From a virus (lineage: Duplodnaviria; Heunggongvirae; Uroviricota; Caudoviricetes), in IMG/VR virus record IMGVR_UViG_3300031999_000001, positions 64,001 to 128,000 of that record: a DNA stretch of 64,000 nt; one strand, given 5' to 3'. Within the stretch, counting starts at the first letter, position 1; each line of letters starts with the position of its first letter. A program made the position numbers and the translations under genes. This document shows positions 10,818 to 20,419 of this stretch, piece by piece. The notes beneath the pieces are model-generated. The model was not told the DNA's origin and searched no databases. It saw nothing but the letters and a program-made list of their open reading frames with translations.

Positions 10818-10856
10818 AGTTCTCTTTATAAATTATTATAAAATTATGTAATTTAT

Positions 10857-10865
10857 TATAAATAC
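10857..10865 (-). promoter_or_regulatory. Putative late-promoter motif GTATTTATA
   Basis: Upstream of the glycosyltransferase start at 10817. Confidence 0.5.
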
Positions 10866-10907
10866 ATAAAAATAATCGAAAGTCATCAAAGATGAAAGAC
10901 TTTTTAT

Positions 10908-10938
10908 AAAAAAAGCCAACTTTTTATTGGCTTTTTTT
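10908..10938. terminator. Intrinsic terminator, possibly bidirectional
   Basis: AAAAAAAGCCAA/TTGGCTTTTTTT inverted repeat. Confidence 0.7.
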
Positions 10939-10964
10939 ATAATCATCAAATAATCAAAAGATTA

Positions 10965-11318
10965 TTATACGTTTTCTTTTTTTGTTGTTTTCTTTTTATT
11001 AAGTTTTTTTGGAAATTCTTCAAAATTTTCAATTTTTTTTATTTCCTCTATTTTAGTTTTAATTTTTGGTTGTGATTGTTTCATTAATTTTGCAAGTTCG
11101 GTTGCACTAATTTCATTAACTAAAACCAAATTTTTTACTCTTAATCTATGTACTGATAATGGTAATGATGATACAGTTAAATATAAACTATCACCCGGTT
11201 TTATTTTAAGTGTTTTTTTAACCATATTATCAACATATTCAATATCCAATTCAGAATTGAATTTAAAATCACGCTTTTTGGCAAGATTTGTTATGTTTGT
11301 AATTTTATATATACCCAT
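10965..11318 (-). CDS. Hypothetical protein
   Basis: 117-aa ORF with a basic C-terminus. Confidence 0.5.
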   Translation of the reverse strand: MGIYKITNITNLAKKRDFKFNSELDIEYVDNMVKKTLKIKPGDSLYLTVSSLPLSVHRLRVKNLVLVNEISATELAKLMKQSQPKIKTKIEEIKKIENFEEFPKKLNKKKTTKKENV

Positions 11319-11326
11319 AATTTTAA

Positions 11327-12157
11327 TTATTTTAATCCTTGAATTAATGTATCTCCATATTTAATGCCGTCATAATTCCATTTCATCGCTTTTTCAGCAA
11401 TTGCTCTGTTTTTTAAATTATTTGATGACATACCATATTGTTCACTTATTTTTTCGAAATTTACATGTGGAAACCAAATTTTTGCTAAAATATCCACAGG
11501 TGACTGACTGTCTTTATATGTTACACCCAATGCATTTGTATCAAGAAGATTGTCAAAATCAATTTCATATTTAGTAAATCCATTTATTGGTTTTAATATG
11601 AAAAAATTACCAACAACTGAATTTTCTTTTAATGGTTCTTTTCTATATGCAACAATTGTTTGTTGATTTATACTTGGTTTTTCTGCTTGTATATTTATAT
11701 TATCTTCTTCTAATGATGCCAAAAATTCGCTGTCACTAACACCACTATCGGCACGATTAAATTCATTATTAACATCACTATTAACAATTTCTTCTATTTC
11801 ATGCGCTTGTTCATATTCATAAATGTCTTGAATTTTATTTAATACTCTGCAAGTATCTTTCTCATTTAATTTAATCTTAACAGCTTTAATTGATTTTTCA
11901 TCTAATAATGCTTTTACAAATCTGTGATGACCGTCAACAATTTTATTGTCATCAGCTATCCAAATAGGATTATTATCGTCAAGACTTACTTTTTCAACTT
12001 CATCTGAAAATGTAACGCCTTGTGATACGTTCAAATCATTTGGATTAACATCAACCATTTCATAATCCACACCTTCATCATCAAGTTTTTCCAATACAAT
12101 ATCAAATGGTGCACTAACCTGCGGTAAATATTGTGGCTTATAACTCATGTCAATCAT
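11327..12157 (-). CDS. ParB/Srx-like domain protein with an additional C-terminal domain
   Basis: NPIWIADDNKIVDGHHRFVKAL (DGHHR); C-terminal AMKWNYDGIKYG. Confidence 0.65.
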   Translation of the reverse strand: MIDMSYKPQYLPQVSAPFDIVLEKLDDEGVDYEMVDVNPNDLNVSQGVTFSDEVEKVSLDDNNPIWIADDNKIVDGHHRFVKALLDEKSIKAVKIKLNEKDTCRVLNKIQDIYEYEQAHEIEEIVNSDVNNEFNRADSGVSDSEFLASLEEDNINIQAEKPSINQQTIVAYRKEPLKENSVVGNFFILKPINGFTKYEIDFDNLLDTNALGVTYKDSQSPVDILAKIWFPHVNFEKISEQYGMSSNNLKNRAIAEKAMKWNYDGIKYGDTLIQGLK

Positions 12158-12171
12158 CTTATTATTTTTAT

Positions 12172-12180
12172 TATAAATAC
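12172..12180 (-). promoter_or_regulatory. Putative late-promoter motif GTATTTATA
   Basis: 14 nt upstream of the ATG at 12157. Confidence 0.5.
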
Positions 12181-12193
12181 AGATATTTTAAAT

Positions 12194-12751
12194 TTATATA
12201 AAATTTTGAATTTCTTCTTTAATTATGTTAATTAATTTATTATTTTCAAGCAATGTTAAATCACCCTGATTTGCTAAATAAATATTAAATGTTATGTTAT
12301 TTGAAATTTGATTCCTAATACTTTCATATGATTCAATATCGATATCTCTATCTTCATAAACATTTATTTCAATTAAATCCAGTAATTTATTGATATAATC
12401 AAGAATTCTTTGCCCCTTTGTTTTTTCATTACGTTTCATATCAAGTTTATTGACGTGAATTTTATTTACATCAAGAATTGCTTGTACCTGTGGTCGTAGT
12501 TTTTCCATACGTGATGTAAGAATTATCACATAGGTGTTTGGAATTGTTTGTTCTTTTTTCAATTGATTTAATACACTTGGAAATGGTTTAATATCAAAAA
12601 CATTTAAATCTAAACTTTCTGGTCTGCCCCACCATCCGAGATATGGATGTGGCTTTCCCATTTTGTCTGCCCAAGCAACCTTTCCGATTTCTTTTTCAGG
12701 AGAATCAATTAAGGTCCCATCAAAATCAAATGCACAAAATCTTCTTATCAT
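12194..12751 (-). CDS. HAD-family phosphatase (Swiss-army-knife RNA-repair/Pnkp-like)
   Basis: Motif I FDFDGTL, motif II ILTSR, motif IV YEDR. Confidence 0.7.
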   Translation of the reverse strand: MIRRFCAFDFDGTLIDSPEKEIGKVAWADKMGKPHPYLGWWGRPESLDLNVFDIKPFPSVLNQLKKEQTIPNTYVIILTSRMEKLRPQVQAILDVNKIHVNKLDMKRNEKTKGQRILDYINKLLDLIEINVYEDRDIDIESYESIRNQISNNITFNIYLANQGDLTLLENNKLINIIKEEIQNFI

Positions 12752-12752
12752 T

Positions 12753-13136
12753 TTATTTAAATTCTACTTCGGTCACTTTTCCTGTTATTAAAAGTGGTCT
12801 TTTCATTTTTTTCCAATCAGTTAATTTATTGGACATTACTGGTTTGCCACCAATTTCTTTATTTACTGCCAGTGTTATATGTGGTTTGGAATTATCACTT
12901 TGAAAACCACTAACACCAACCGCTATTACTTTATCATCCATAGCTACGTCCCTAACTACCAGACGTACTGGTAATCCTAAAAATCTTTCAAATTCTGGGT
13001 CAATTTCACCCATATTAATTGTCATATGATGTGCAACGATTTCCCAATCTTCAGGAATCATGCTTTTAAATCTTTCGATTAACCTTTGTTTTGATTTGTC
13101 GTCAAGAACGACAGCACTATATGATATATTACCCAT
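12753..13136 (-). CDS. 2H phosphoesterase (tRNA-ligase cyclic phosphodiesterase-like)
   Basis: YSAVVLD, two HxT motifs (AHHMTIN, PHITLAV). Confidence 0.7.
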   Translation of the reverse strand: MGNISYSAVVLDDKSKQRLIERFKSMIPEDWEIVAHHMTINMGEIDPEFERFLGLPVRLVVRDVAMDDKVIAVGVSGFQSDNSKPHITLAVNKEIGGKPVMSNKLTDWKKMKRPLLITGKVTEVEFK

Positions 13137-13792
13137 TAGTAAGTATATTCTGTCAATACATTATAATTTTTACCCAATGCAGTTAATGCAATTTCAACCT
13201 CTTTGAAGCATTCATTGATACCACCACCGCATATCACCAATTTTCCCCCAAATCTTTGTAGATAATCCATTAGGTCAGGAATATTTATCATATCTGATGC
13301 TGCTTCAAGTAAATCTCTAACAGCACTGGAATCATATCCATATTCTGTCATAAAACCATTCCACATTTCTTCATCGATATCTCGGCTATCATTAATGTTG
13401 TTTTGAATCATGTATTTTACCAGATTTACTGTTTCTTCTTCTTCAATGCCTTCATCCATACAATATCTGAAAAAAGCATATCCTTTGTCATAAAATCTGG
13501 CAGAATCCAAAACTTCTTCCTGCAATCCATTTTCATAAAGCCAATCCCTGTACCCAGCTTCACTTACCATTCCCAGAGTGTCTTGACCATTGTACAGAAA
13601 AGTCAATGAATTCATAACGTCAATGTTTTTATTTAAAAACATTATGAATGAATCCAGATTAAAGGTAATATAACTTTCATATTCAGGTTGAATATCGACA
13701 GATATAAAATTTGCACCCTGTACGAGATTTATTCCTGAATTTTCAAGTAATTTATTACGCTGTTGCTCCTTTAGTAATCGTTCCTTTTTCAT
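13136..13792 (-). CDS. Isochorismatase/nicotinamidase-like cysteine hydrolase fold protein
   Basis: FISVDIQPEY near the N-terminus and LVICGGGINEC near the C-terminus match the D...G..xxC layout. Confidence 0.4.
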   Translation of the reverse strand: MKKERLLKEQQRNKLLENSGINLVQGANFISVDIQPEYESYITFNLDSFIMFLNKNIDVMNSLTFLYNGQDTLGMVSEAGYRDWLYENGLQEEVLDSARFYDKGYAFFRYCMDEGIEEEETVNLVKYMIQNNINDSRDIDEEMWNGFMTEYGYDSSAVRDLLEAASDMINIPDLMDYLQRFGGKLVICGGGINECFKEVEIALTALGKNYNVLTEYTY

Positions 13793-16700
13793 TTAAAACT
13801 TCTCTGTCCGTTAATGCCCAAAGTAATGTTTGTTTAAGTTTTTCATCATGACTGAAATCTTCATAATTATTTTGAAAAAATTCCAGTACTGATTCTTTAG
13901 ATGGGTCTGGATATCCCGGTTTACCACCTTGATTATTCCATTTATCATATTTTTTTATGAAAAAATTAATTCCAACACTTTTACCATTCACCAAATATTT
14001 TTCATATTGAATTTCATTATATTCTTTTAATATGTTTTTTTTGTTTAACATTAATTTTTCTCCCTCATCACCTCTTTGACCTTTAGTTGAAAATACTAAT
14101 TTAGTGCCTCTTATTACTCTTTCTTTTTCAAATAATTTAATATATTTTTTGCCACTACCTGATTTAACATAACCAATTGTTATATGTGGATGATATATTG
14201 GAAAACTTGTGGTATTTGGTAATTGCCTCATAATACCATTCAATTTTGTTAATTCTTTTGAATTAATATCAAATTTAACCACATCAAATTCTGGGTTTCT
14301 GAAAACAGAAATACCAGTAACATGAACATCAATTGGTTTTAATTGCATGTTTTCTTTAAACAATTTAAATACATCATCTGCTGTAACTTCATAATGAAAA
14401 CCATATAAAATCGATAAATGTGGCTCGGTTTCAATGCCATACCCTTCTTTATCATAAATATCGTTTTTATCAATTACTGATGTTATTTTATTCCAATTTA
14501 AAATATCAAAAAATAACATTAAACATCCATACTCGGTTCTTTCACTGGTTCTTTCATTAAGCACGTCACTATTTTGATTTACTAAATTTAACAAATCTTC
14601 TCGATTGTTTTTAATTTTATTTGCATAAATCTTAAGCAATAATGATTTTTGCATATCACCAATTGCTTTATCTTTTAAACCAAGTTCCATCAAATCATTA
14701 CCATTTATTGCCAATTCATTTACTGTTTTTGGATACTTACCTTGAATTAATTCTTGTGCTCCATTTTGAATTATATTGGGTAAAATCTTGCTTTGAAGTG
14801 ATTGTTGTGATGTTACGTACATATTATGTGCAATTGATCTTGCTTCAATGGAATTTGTTGATTCACCATTTTCAAAAGCCATATCAAGTGCCTTAATTTC
14901 TTTATATGTATCAATATCACCCTTTAAATTATTTTTATAAAATTCCGCAGGATTATCAACAAGATTATTGGAAAGTAACCAAATAAATTCTCCCATTGTT
15001 TTTGCATTTTCCCATACATTTCTACCCATTAATAAACCAGCATCTTTACCAAAAATTTCTCTCCTTAATCCAGTTTGTTTTAATAAAATTGCACCTGATA
15101 ATTTATTGCTCTTTTTAACAATTTTATCAAATTCTGTCAAAATTCTTTCGGGCGAAATTTCTTTAATTCTACTTGCATTATCCTTAATCATTTTCATTGT
15201 TTCTGGTTCAATGGTAAAACCAAAACGACTGGCAAAACTGATCATTCTTATCATGCGGAGAGGATCATCCGAAAATGCTTCTGGATTAGCTGCAGAAATT
15301 TCTTTATTTTTTATATCTTCTAATCCACCTAATGGGTCAATAAATTTACCCGTATTTAAATTTATTGCCATTGCATTCATTTTTGCGTCACGCCTAATTA
15401 ATTCATCCTCAATTGGAAGATTTTCATCACTTTGCACATCAAATCCACGATATCCACCCTCGCCTGTTGGTTGTTCTTTACGTGGTAATGCTATATCATA
15501 ATCAGTACCATCTTTATCAATAAATTTTAATACTCCAAATGATTTACCAACAACATCAATTTTACCAAATTTTTGTAAATGTGAAATTAATGTATCAATA
15601 GGTACTTTTCCAACAACCAAATCAATATCCTTATTTGGTTTATTAAGTATGAGATCACGAACAACCCCTCCAACAACATAAACATCCGATTTTAAATCAT
15701 TTATTAATGATTGTATAAATTGTTTTTGTTTCAAAATAGTAATAAAATTATTCAATATTAATTTAGCTTCATTGATATTATTTAAAATTACGTTTGCTTC
15801 ATCAATATTAACATTTGGCTTTGTGAATTTTCTAACAAATACATTAAAAATTGCATTTGCTATATTACGTCCAGTACCTTCTTTTACTTTTTGTCTGAAT
15901 ATTGTTTCGGCTTTATTGGCAATTTCATGTGCTTTATCATATGAAAAATCATAATATTTCATTAAATGTCTTTCAAGTTTTTCATGAAGAATATCGCCTT
16001 CTATATCATTTGGTTTTACAAGAAACACATCATCAATCCAAATTTCATCTTCTGGAATGTTTTTTGCATATTGTTGTTCACTTTCAGGGTTTTTAGCATC
16101 AACATAATAATGTCCACCATCAACAAATTTAATAAATCCACTATCTTTAACTGCATCACCATTAACTGCTATTATTTTAAAATCATTTTCTTTACGAATA
16201 AGAACTTTATTAAGACTATGTGTTATTGCATCTTTTGCAATTTGTTTTTTAAAATCAACTGCAGTTTCCTGTTCTGCTAAATCATTATAATCATCCGATG
16301 ATTTTTCAGGCATGACTGGAACTTTATTACCATATCTTTTATTTATAAATTTTTCAATTGATGCATCACTATAATCTAAAAGTTTTCCAATTTCTCTTGC
16401 TTCTTCAGGTGTGTTATCTTGTAAATATCCACCATGTTTTTTTATGATTTGATATAGTTTTTCGGCTTTATCTTTATTACGATAAACAAGATGCATATTT
16501 AAATCATGATGTGATTGTTCTATTTTAATTAAACCCAAACCAGCTTCAATTACAATATCACGTAATCTTGGAGTTAATATAACCATTGCAACATCTTTTC
16601 TTCCTTCTAAAACTGCTTTAAGTGTACCCTCTTCAGTATATGCTTCACTTGCATCAATTTCTTCAGATATTACATTTCTTTTAATTAAAACCAAATATCC

Positions 16701-19670
16701 ACCATCACCATCTTCTGCAATAATTTCACCAGTTAAATCAAATTCATTAATATCTGAAAAATCCGACTCATTTGAATATCTTTTTGCATCTTCAAATGTT
16801 TTTGTTACCCAGACAATATCACGAGCATTATATTTATCAAGTTCAGCTAATTTTTCCTCAGTAATATGTGCAAAATCACCCACATTTCCCAATTCATCTC
16901 TTTCAAATCTTACCACATCACCAGCAGTTGTATTACGTGAATTACTAAAATTAGAATCCACACGATATGCTTTTTCACTAAATTGTTTATTCTCACGTTC
17001 AGTTACTTCATTAATAACTTTTTCAACAATTTTTTTCAAATCCAAATTATTAATATCACCTTGATTGCATGCAACACTGGTATTGCCCAATCCACCCAAT
17101 CTACATTTCTTTTTTACTGTAACAGTTTGTGCACCGGGCATATATGATAACTTTCTTTCAGTCATAATATATTCATCTTGTGTTGCATCACTAACATAAT
17201 TATATTCTAAATCTTCATTAGTTGGTGGAACATTATTATCAGTAATTGGTGATGTATCATTTTGATTATATGGTGGAAATTCATCCTGACCAATTGCATT
17301 ATCAGTTGAATATCTGGAACTTCCATCTTCTTCAATTTCTACTTTTTGTGGTTCTTGAAATTGTGTTGATGTTAAATCACCAAATCCAATATCAAAAAAA
17401 CCCAAATTACCGTTTTTTTTATACCCTAAATTTGATGTATTAATATAATCCATGCTTTCAATACCATACTTATGTACTTCGTCAGCAATACCTAATAATC
17501 CATAATAAAATTTAGCATCTTCTGGATTTTTTGACATGTATCTATCAATTACGGATTTCTTATCATCATATTCTCCTTGCACATAATCATCAAGAATATG
17601 ATTAAAATCCAAACCTAATATATTTTCAAATGCATAATCTAATCTATCAACAATTCTGTCAAAATACGGCTCGTTTATTTTTAATTTTTCAACAATAATT
17701 ACGTATGATTCAGGAATTGTAGAACCAGATTTTGGATTTATTTGATATATTTCATATATATTGGCAAGATGTTTTAATTCTTTTCCTCTTATTTTTAAAC
17801 CTTCAACTGCCTCACTTTTATCTGAAGTTACTTTCATTATCAAATCATTACCAATATTATATGCAAAACCATGAGTACCCTGACCAGCATATTTCATGTG
17901 TTTATATTGATTTATTTGAACAATTTTACTTCCAATTCTATCGGCAGTTTGTCTATCAAAATTTTCTAAAATATTTTCTTTACCTTCAGGTAAATATATA
18001 ATATTTTTTGATTCAATTGATGGTTCTTCAGCACCATACCCACCAATATCAAAAAATTTTAATACACCATCTTTATATCCTAAATTTGATGGATTACCGT
18101 AATCCCATGATTTAATACCATATTGTATTAATTCTTGAGATATATTGATTATGCCAATAAAATAATTATATGTTTTATTTCTGTCTTCAGTTGTAATATT
18201 AGCTTCTGAATTGTCAATTAGTATATGATTTGCAATATCAATTAATTCCTGATATTCTATTTTACGTTTTCGCATTTTAATATAAACACTTGTAATATCC
18301 AAACCATTTGGTAATATCGTATCAAAAATATTTTCATATTTATGAAATTCAGATATTGGCTTATCAACAACATTTTCTTGAAGTATTGCAAAAAATGTTA
18401 AATTTTTTTCGGTATCAACAATTTTATAAATTGAATATATTTTAGCAAGATATTTTGGATTTTCTCTTAATATTTTAACCCCAGCATCTGCTTCACTAAC
18501 ATCTGCAGTTATTTTTAATATTGTATTATTATTAATAGTAAATGCATGACCATTTGAACCACCCGCTAAATGTTGTGGTTGACCTAAATTTATTTTAAGG
18601 GCAAGTTCATTTGCCAATTCAATTGAATAATTTATGTCATCTAATGAAAATGGGCGTACTTTAGGAATTTCATTTTCATTTATTTCATATTCTTCTTTAA
18701 TTAAACGTTCTCTATCATATGCGTTTTGAGAAATTAAATATTCCTGAAGACTTAATAAGTTATTATAAAATTGTTTTTTATTATTAACATGTTTAAATGT
18801 TTCTTTAAGATTATTCACACATTCATGAAAAAGGTCTATAACATATGGCATACTTGGTAATGGTTTTGTTGGATATTTATCTCTATCAAGTACAAATGAA
18901 ATAAAATCTTCATTTATAACACCTTCACCATCACCAACACCATAAGGAATTATTGCCCACATTCCATGTCTTATTTCACCAGTATCACCAATATCAGAAA
19001 GTATATCATCATTGCCATCAGCACAATCATATAATTCATATAATTCATATTTTTTCTTTCTATCGGGGGAATAATGTGTATCGTACACATCTTTAGTTAA
19101 TCCATAATCGGTTAATACAACAGATGGAATACCACCACGAATTACTTCGCCATAAGTGCTTATTCTATTTAAATCACCGGGGGTTTGACTATAATCCATC
19201 AAAAAATTAGCAATTCTTTGTGTGAATTCTTCATCATTATCCAATTTTTCTTTTATATCTGGCTCAATACTAAAAAAACCTTTATGACCATGATTTTCTT
19301 CATAAAAATTTTTTAAATATGCATAAACATCCCAAATTTTAAAACCAGTTATTTCACCAAATCTTTTTTCGGTTATTTTTTTTGCCTTTTCTGCAACAAG
19401 CCAAGTACTATCATCAGCAGATTCATAAATATTTGTTAAAATATCGTCATAATCTTTATATCTTGCAGCCTGTTCTTCTACCTCATTTTGTGCAATACCT
19501 TTTTGATTTTTTGCTAATTTAAAAACTTTAATACCATCAATATCATATGCAATTCTACCACTACCAGTACCAATTTTTCGTAAATTTTGATTAGCATAAT
19601 CAATTTTTTTCCTAAATGATTGTATTTTACGAAATTCATTTAAGAATTTTAAGAAATCATTATAAGTCAT
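13755..19670 (-). CDS. 1971-aa multidomain (polyvalent) protein: 3 kinase-like domains, possible ART-like, DUF483-like and HExxE domains, CCA-adding/poly(A) polymerase domain, 2H phosphoesterase
   Basis: Kinase loops GTGSGR, GGSNG, GQGTHG with TDYG/FDIG; NTase VYVVGGVVRD..DIDL, RRD, DPLGG, DDPLRM; 2H motifs EPHLS and PHIT. Confidence 0.75.
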   Translation of the reverse strand: MTYNDFLKFLNEFRKIQSFRKKIDYANQNLRKIGTGSGRIAYDIDGIKVFKLAKNQKGIAQNEVEEQAARYKDYDDILTNIYESADDSTWLVAEKAKKITEKRFGEITGFKIWDVYAYLKNFYEENHGHKGFFSIEPDIKEKLDNDEEFTQRIANFLMDYSQTPGDLNRISTYGEVIRGGIPSVVLTDYGLTKDVYDTHYSPDRKKKYELYELYDCADGNDDILSDIGDTGEIRHGMWAIIPYGVGDGEGVINEDFISFVLDRDKYPTKPLPSMPYVIDLFHECVNNLKETFKHVNNKKQFYNNLLSLQEYLISQNAYDRERLIKEEYEINENEIPKVRPFSLDDINYSIELANELALKINLGQPQHLAGGSNGHAFTINNNTILKITADVSEADAGVKILRENPKYLAKIYSIYKIVDTEKNLTFFAILQENVVDKPISEFHKYENIFDTILPNGLDITSVYIKMRKRKIEYQELIDIANHILIDNSEANITTEDRNKTYNYFIGIINISQELIQYGIKSWDYGNPSNLGYKDGVLKFFDIGGYGAEEPSIESKNIIYLPEGKENILENFDRQTADRIGSKIVQINQYKHMKYAGQGTHGFAYNIGNDLIMKVTSDKSEAVEGLKIRGKELKHLANIYEIYQINPKSGSTIPESYVIIVEKLKINEPYFDRIVDRLDYAFENILGLDFNHILDDYVQGEYDDKKSVIDRYMSKNPEDAKFYYGLLGIADEVHKYGIESMDYINTSNLGYKKNGNLGFFDIGFGDLTSTQFQEPQKVEIEEDGSSRYSTDNAIGQDEFPPYNQNDTSPITDNNVPPTNEDLEYNYVSDATQDEYIMTERKLSYMPGAQTVTVKKKCRLGGLGNTSVACNQGDINNLDLKKIVEKVINEVTERENKQFSEKAYRVDSNFSNSRNTTAGDVVRFERDELGNVGDFAHITEEKLAELDKYNARDIVWVTKTFEDAKRYSNESDFSDINEFDLTGEIIAEDGDGGYLVLIKRNVISEEIDASEAYTEEGTLKAVLEGRKDVAMVILTPRLRDIVIEAGLGLIKIEQSHHDLNMHLVYRNKDKAEKLYQIIKKHGGYLQDNTPEEAREIGKLLDYSDASIEKFINKRYGNKVPVMPEKSSDDYNDLAEQETAVDFKKQIAKDAITHSLNKVLIRKENDFKIIAVNGDAVKDSGFIKFVDGGHYYVDAKNPESEQQYAKNIPEDEIWIDDVFLVKPNDIEGDILHEKLERHLMKYYDFSYDKAHEIANKAETIFRQKVKEGTGRNIANAIFNVFVRKFTKPNVNIDEANVILNNINEAKLILNNFITILKQKQFIQSLINDLKSDVYVVGGVVRDLILNKPNKDIDLVVGKVPIDTLISHLQKFGKIDVVGKSFGVLKFIDKDGTDYDIALPRKEQPTGEGGYRGFDVQSDENLPIEDELIRRDAKMNAMAINLNTGKFIDPLGGLEDIKNKEISAANPEAFSDDPLRMIRMISFASRFGFTIEPETMKMIKDNASRIKEISPERILTEFDKIVKKSNKLSGAILLKQTGLRREIFGKDAGLLMGRNVWENAKTMGEFIWLLSNNLVDNPAEFYKNNLKGDIDTYKEIKALDMAFENGESTNSIEARSIAHNMYVTSQQSLQSKILPNIIQNGAQELIQGKYPKTVNELAINGNDLMELGLKDKAIGDMQKSLLLKIYANKIKNNREDLLNLVNQNSDVLNERTSERTEYGCLMLFFDILNWNKITSVIDKNDIYDKEGYGIETEPHLSILYGFHYEVTADDVFKLFKENMQLKPIDVHVTGISVFRNPEFDVVKFDINSKELTKLNGIMRQLPNTTSFPIYHPHITIGYVKSGSGKKYIKLFEKERVIRGTKLVFSTKGQRGDEGEKLMLNKKNILKEYNEIQYEKYLVNGKSVGINFFIKKYDKWNNQGGKPGYPDPSKESVLEFFQNNYEDFSHDEKLKQTLLWALTDREVLNEKGTITKGATA
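14080..14540 (-). other. 2H phosphoesterase domain within the polyvalent protein (approximate bounds)
   Basis: YGCLMLFF...EPHLSILYG...YHPHITIGYV. Confidence 0.7.
14590..15720 (-). other. Class II tRNA nucleotidyltransferase / poly(A) polymerase-family domain (approximate bounds)
   Basis: GGxVRD, DIDL, RRDAKMNAMA, DPLGGLEDI, AFSDDPLRMIR, ISPERI. Confidence 0.85.
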
Positions 19671-19695
19671 ATTTTGAATATTTTATGATATAATC

Positions 19696-19703
19696 ATAAA
19701 TAC
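19696..19703 (-). promoter_or_regulatory. Putative late-promoter motif GTATTTAT
   Basis: 25 nt upstream of the polyvalent gene start; a TAAGTTTG host-type -7 element abuts it at 19703..19710. Confidence 0.45.
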
Positions 19704-19742
19704 AAACTTAACCATAAAAATTAAAGTGATACTATGCAATTA

Positions 19743-20396
19743 TTATTGCGCTTTGTTTTGTTTCGCCTTCGCCTGAATTTCACGAATAGTTTCGTACACC
19801 AACGTTTTTATTAAATCTCTATTTTCATGTAAAACTTCTTTTATTCTTTCAACAGCATACATTTCAAGAATTGTGCTTTTTATGGCTTCTTCAACAACAA
19901 GACCAAAATTATCAATAAGATAATTATCCACAATTTTTTTAACATTTTCAACTAAATAACCTTCATTTAAATTAATTGGCATGCCAGTAGTTGTTTTTGG
20001 TTGTTGCGGTAATGTTTTTGATGTTATATGTTCTTGCATTGATTCTGCCAATGTTTGTTTTCTTTTTCTTTCAAGATCATGGAATAATTGTTCATCTCTT
20101 TCGGGTGACATATCTTCTTTAATTACAGGTGCTTGTGATGTTAAAGCAATTTCACTTACATCATGTTTTACAGGTTCGCCATGTTTGACAGCAACTTTAT
20201 TTTCAACTAATTTAATTAATTTTGTTGAAGGTGTTTCAACACCAGTATTACGTGATTTTAATAATCCATGTAAAAATGCATCTCTTGGTGCAATATCAGT
20301 ACCAACATTTTCTCCCAACGATGATTGTATTATGTTTTTTTGTTTTTTACGACTATCAATTTCACTTTTAAGTTTATTTAAATCAGGTTTAATCAT
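19743..20396 (-). CDS. Hypothetical protein
   Basis: 217-aa ORF with several (L/I)xE motifs (LNEG, LVEN). Confidence 0.5.
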   Translation of the reverse strand: MIKPDLNKLKSEIDSRKKQKNIIQSSLGENVGTDIAPRDAFLHGLLKSRNTGVETPSTKLIKLVENKVAVKHGEPVKHDVSEIALTSQAPVIKEDMSPERDEQLFHDLERKRKQTLAESMQEHITSKTLPQQPKTTTGMPINLNEGYLVENVKKIVDNYLIDNFGLVVEEAIKSTILEMYAVERIKEVLHENRDLIKTLVYETIREIQAKAKQNKAQ

Positions 20397-20419
20397 TTTT
20401 ATAAAATTTTATTATTTTT

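Noticed and set aside
13755-13792. Programmed -1 frameshift joining the polyprotein to the isochorismatase-like ORF
   Set aside because: The downstream frame is +1 relative to the polyprotein, the GAAAAAG run is not a full A_AAA_AAG site, and the ORF has its own ATG.
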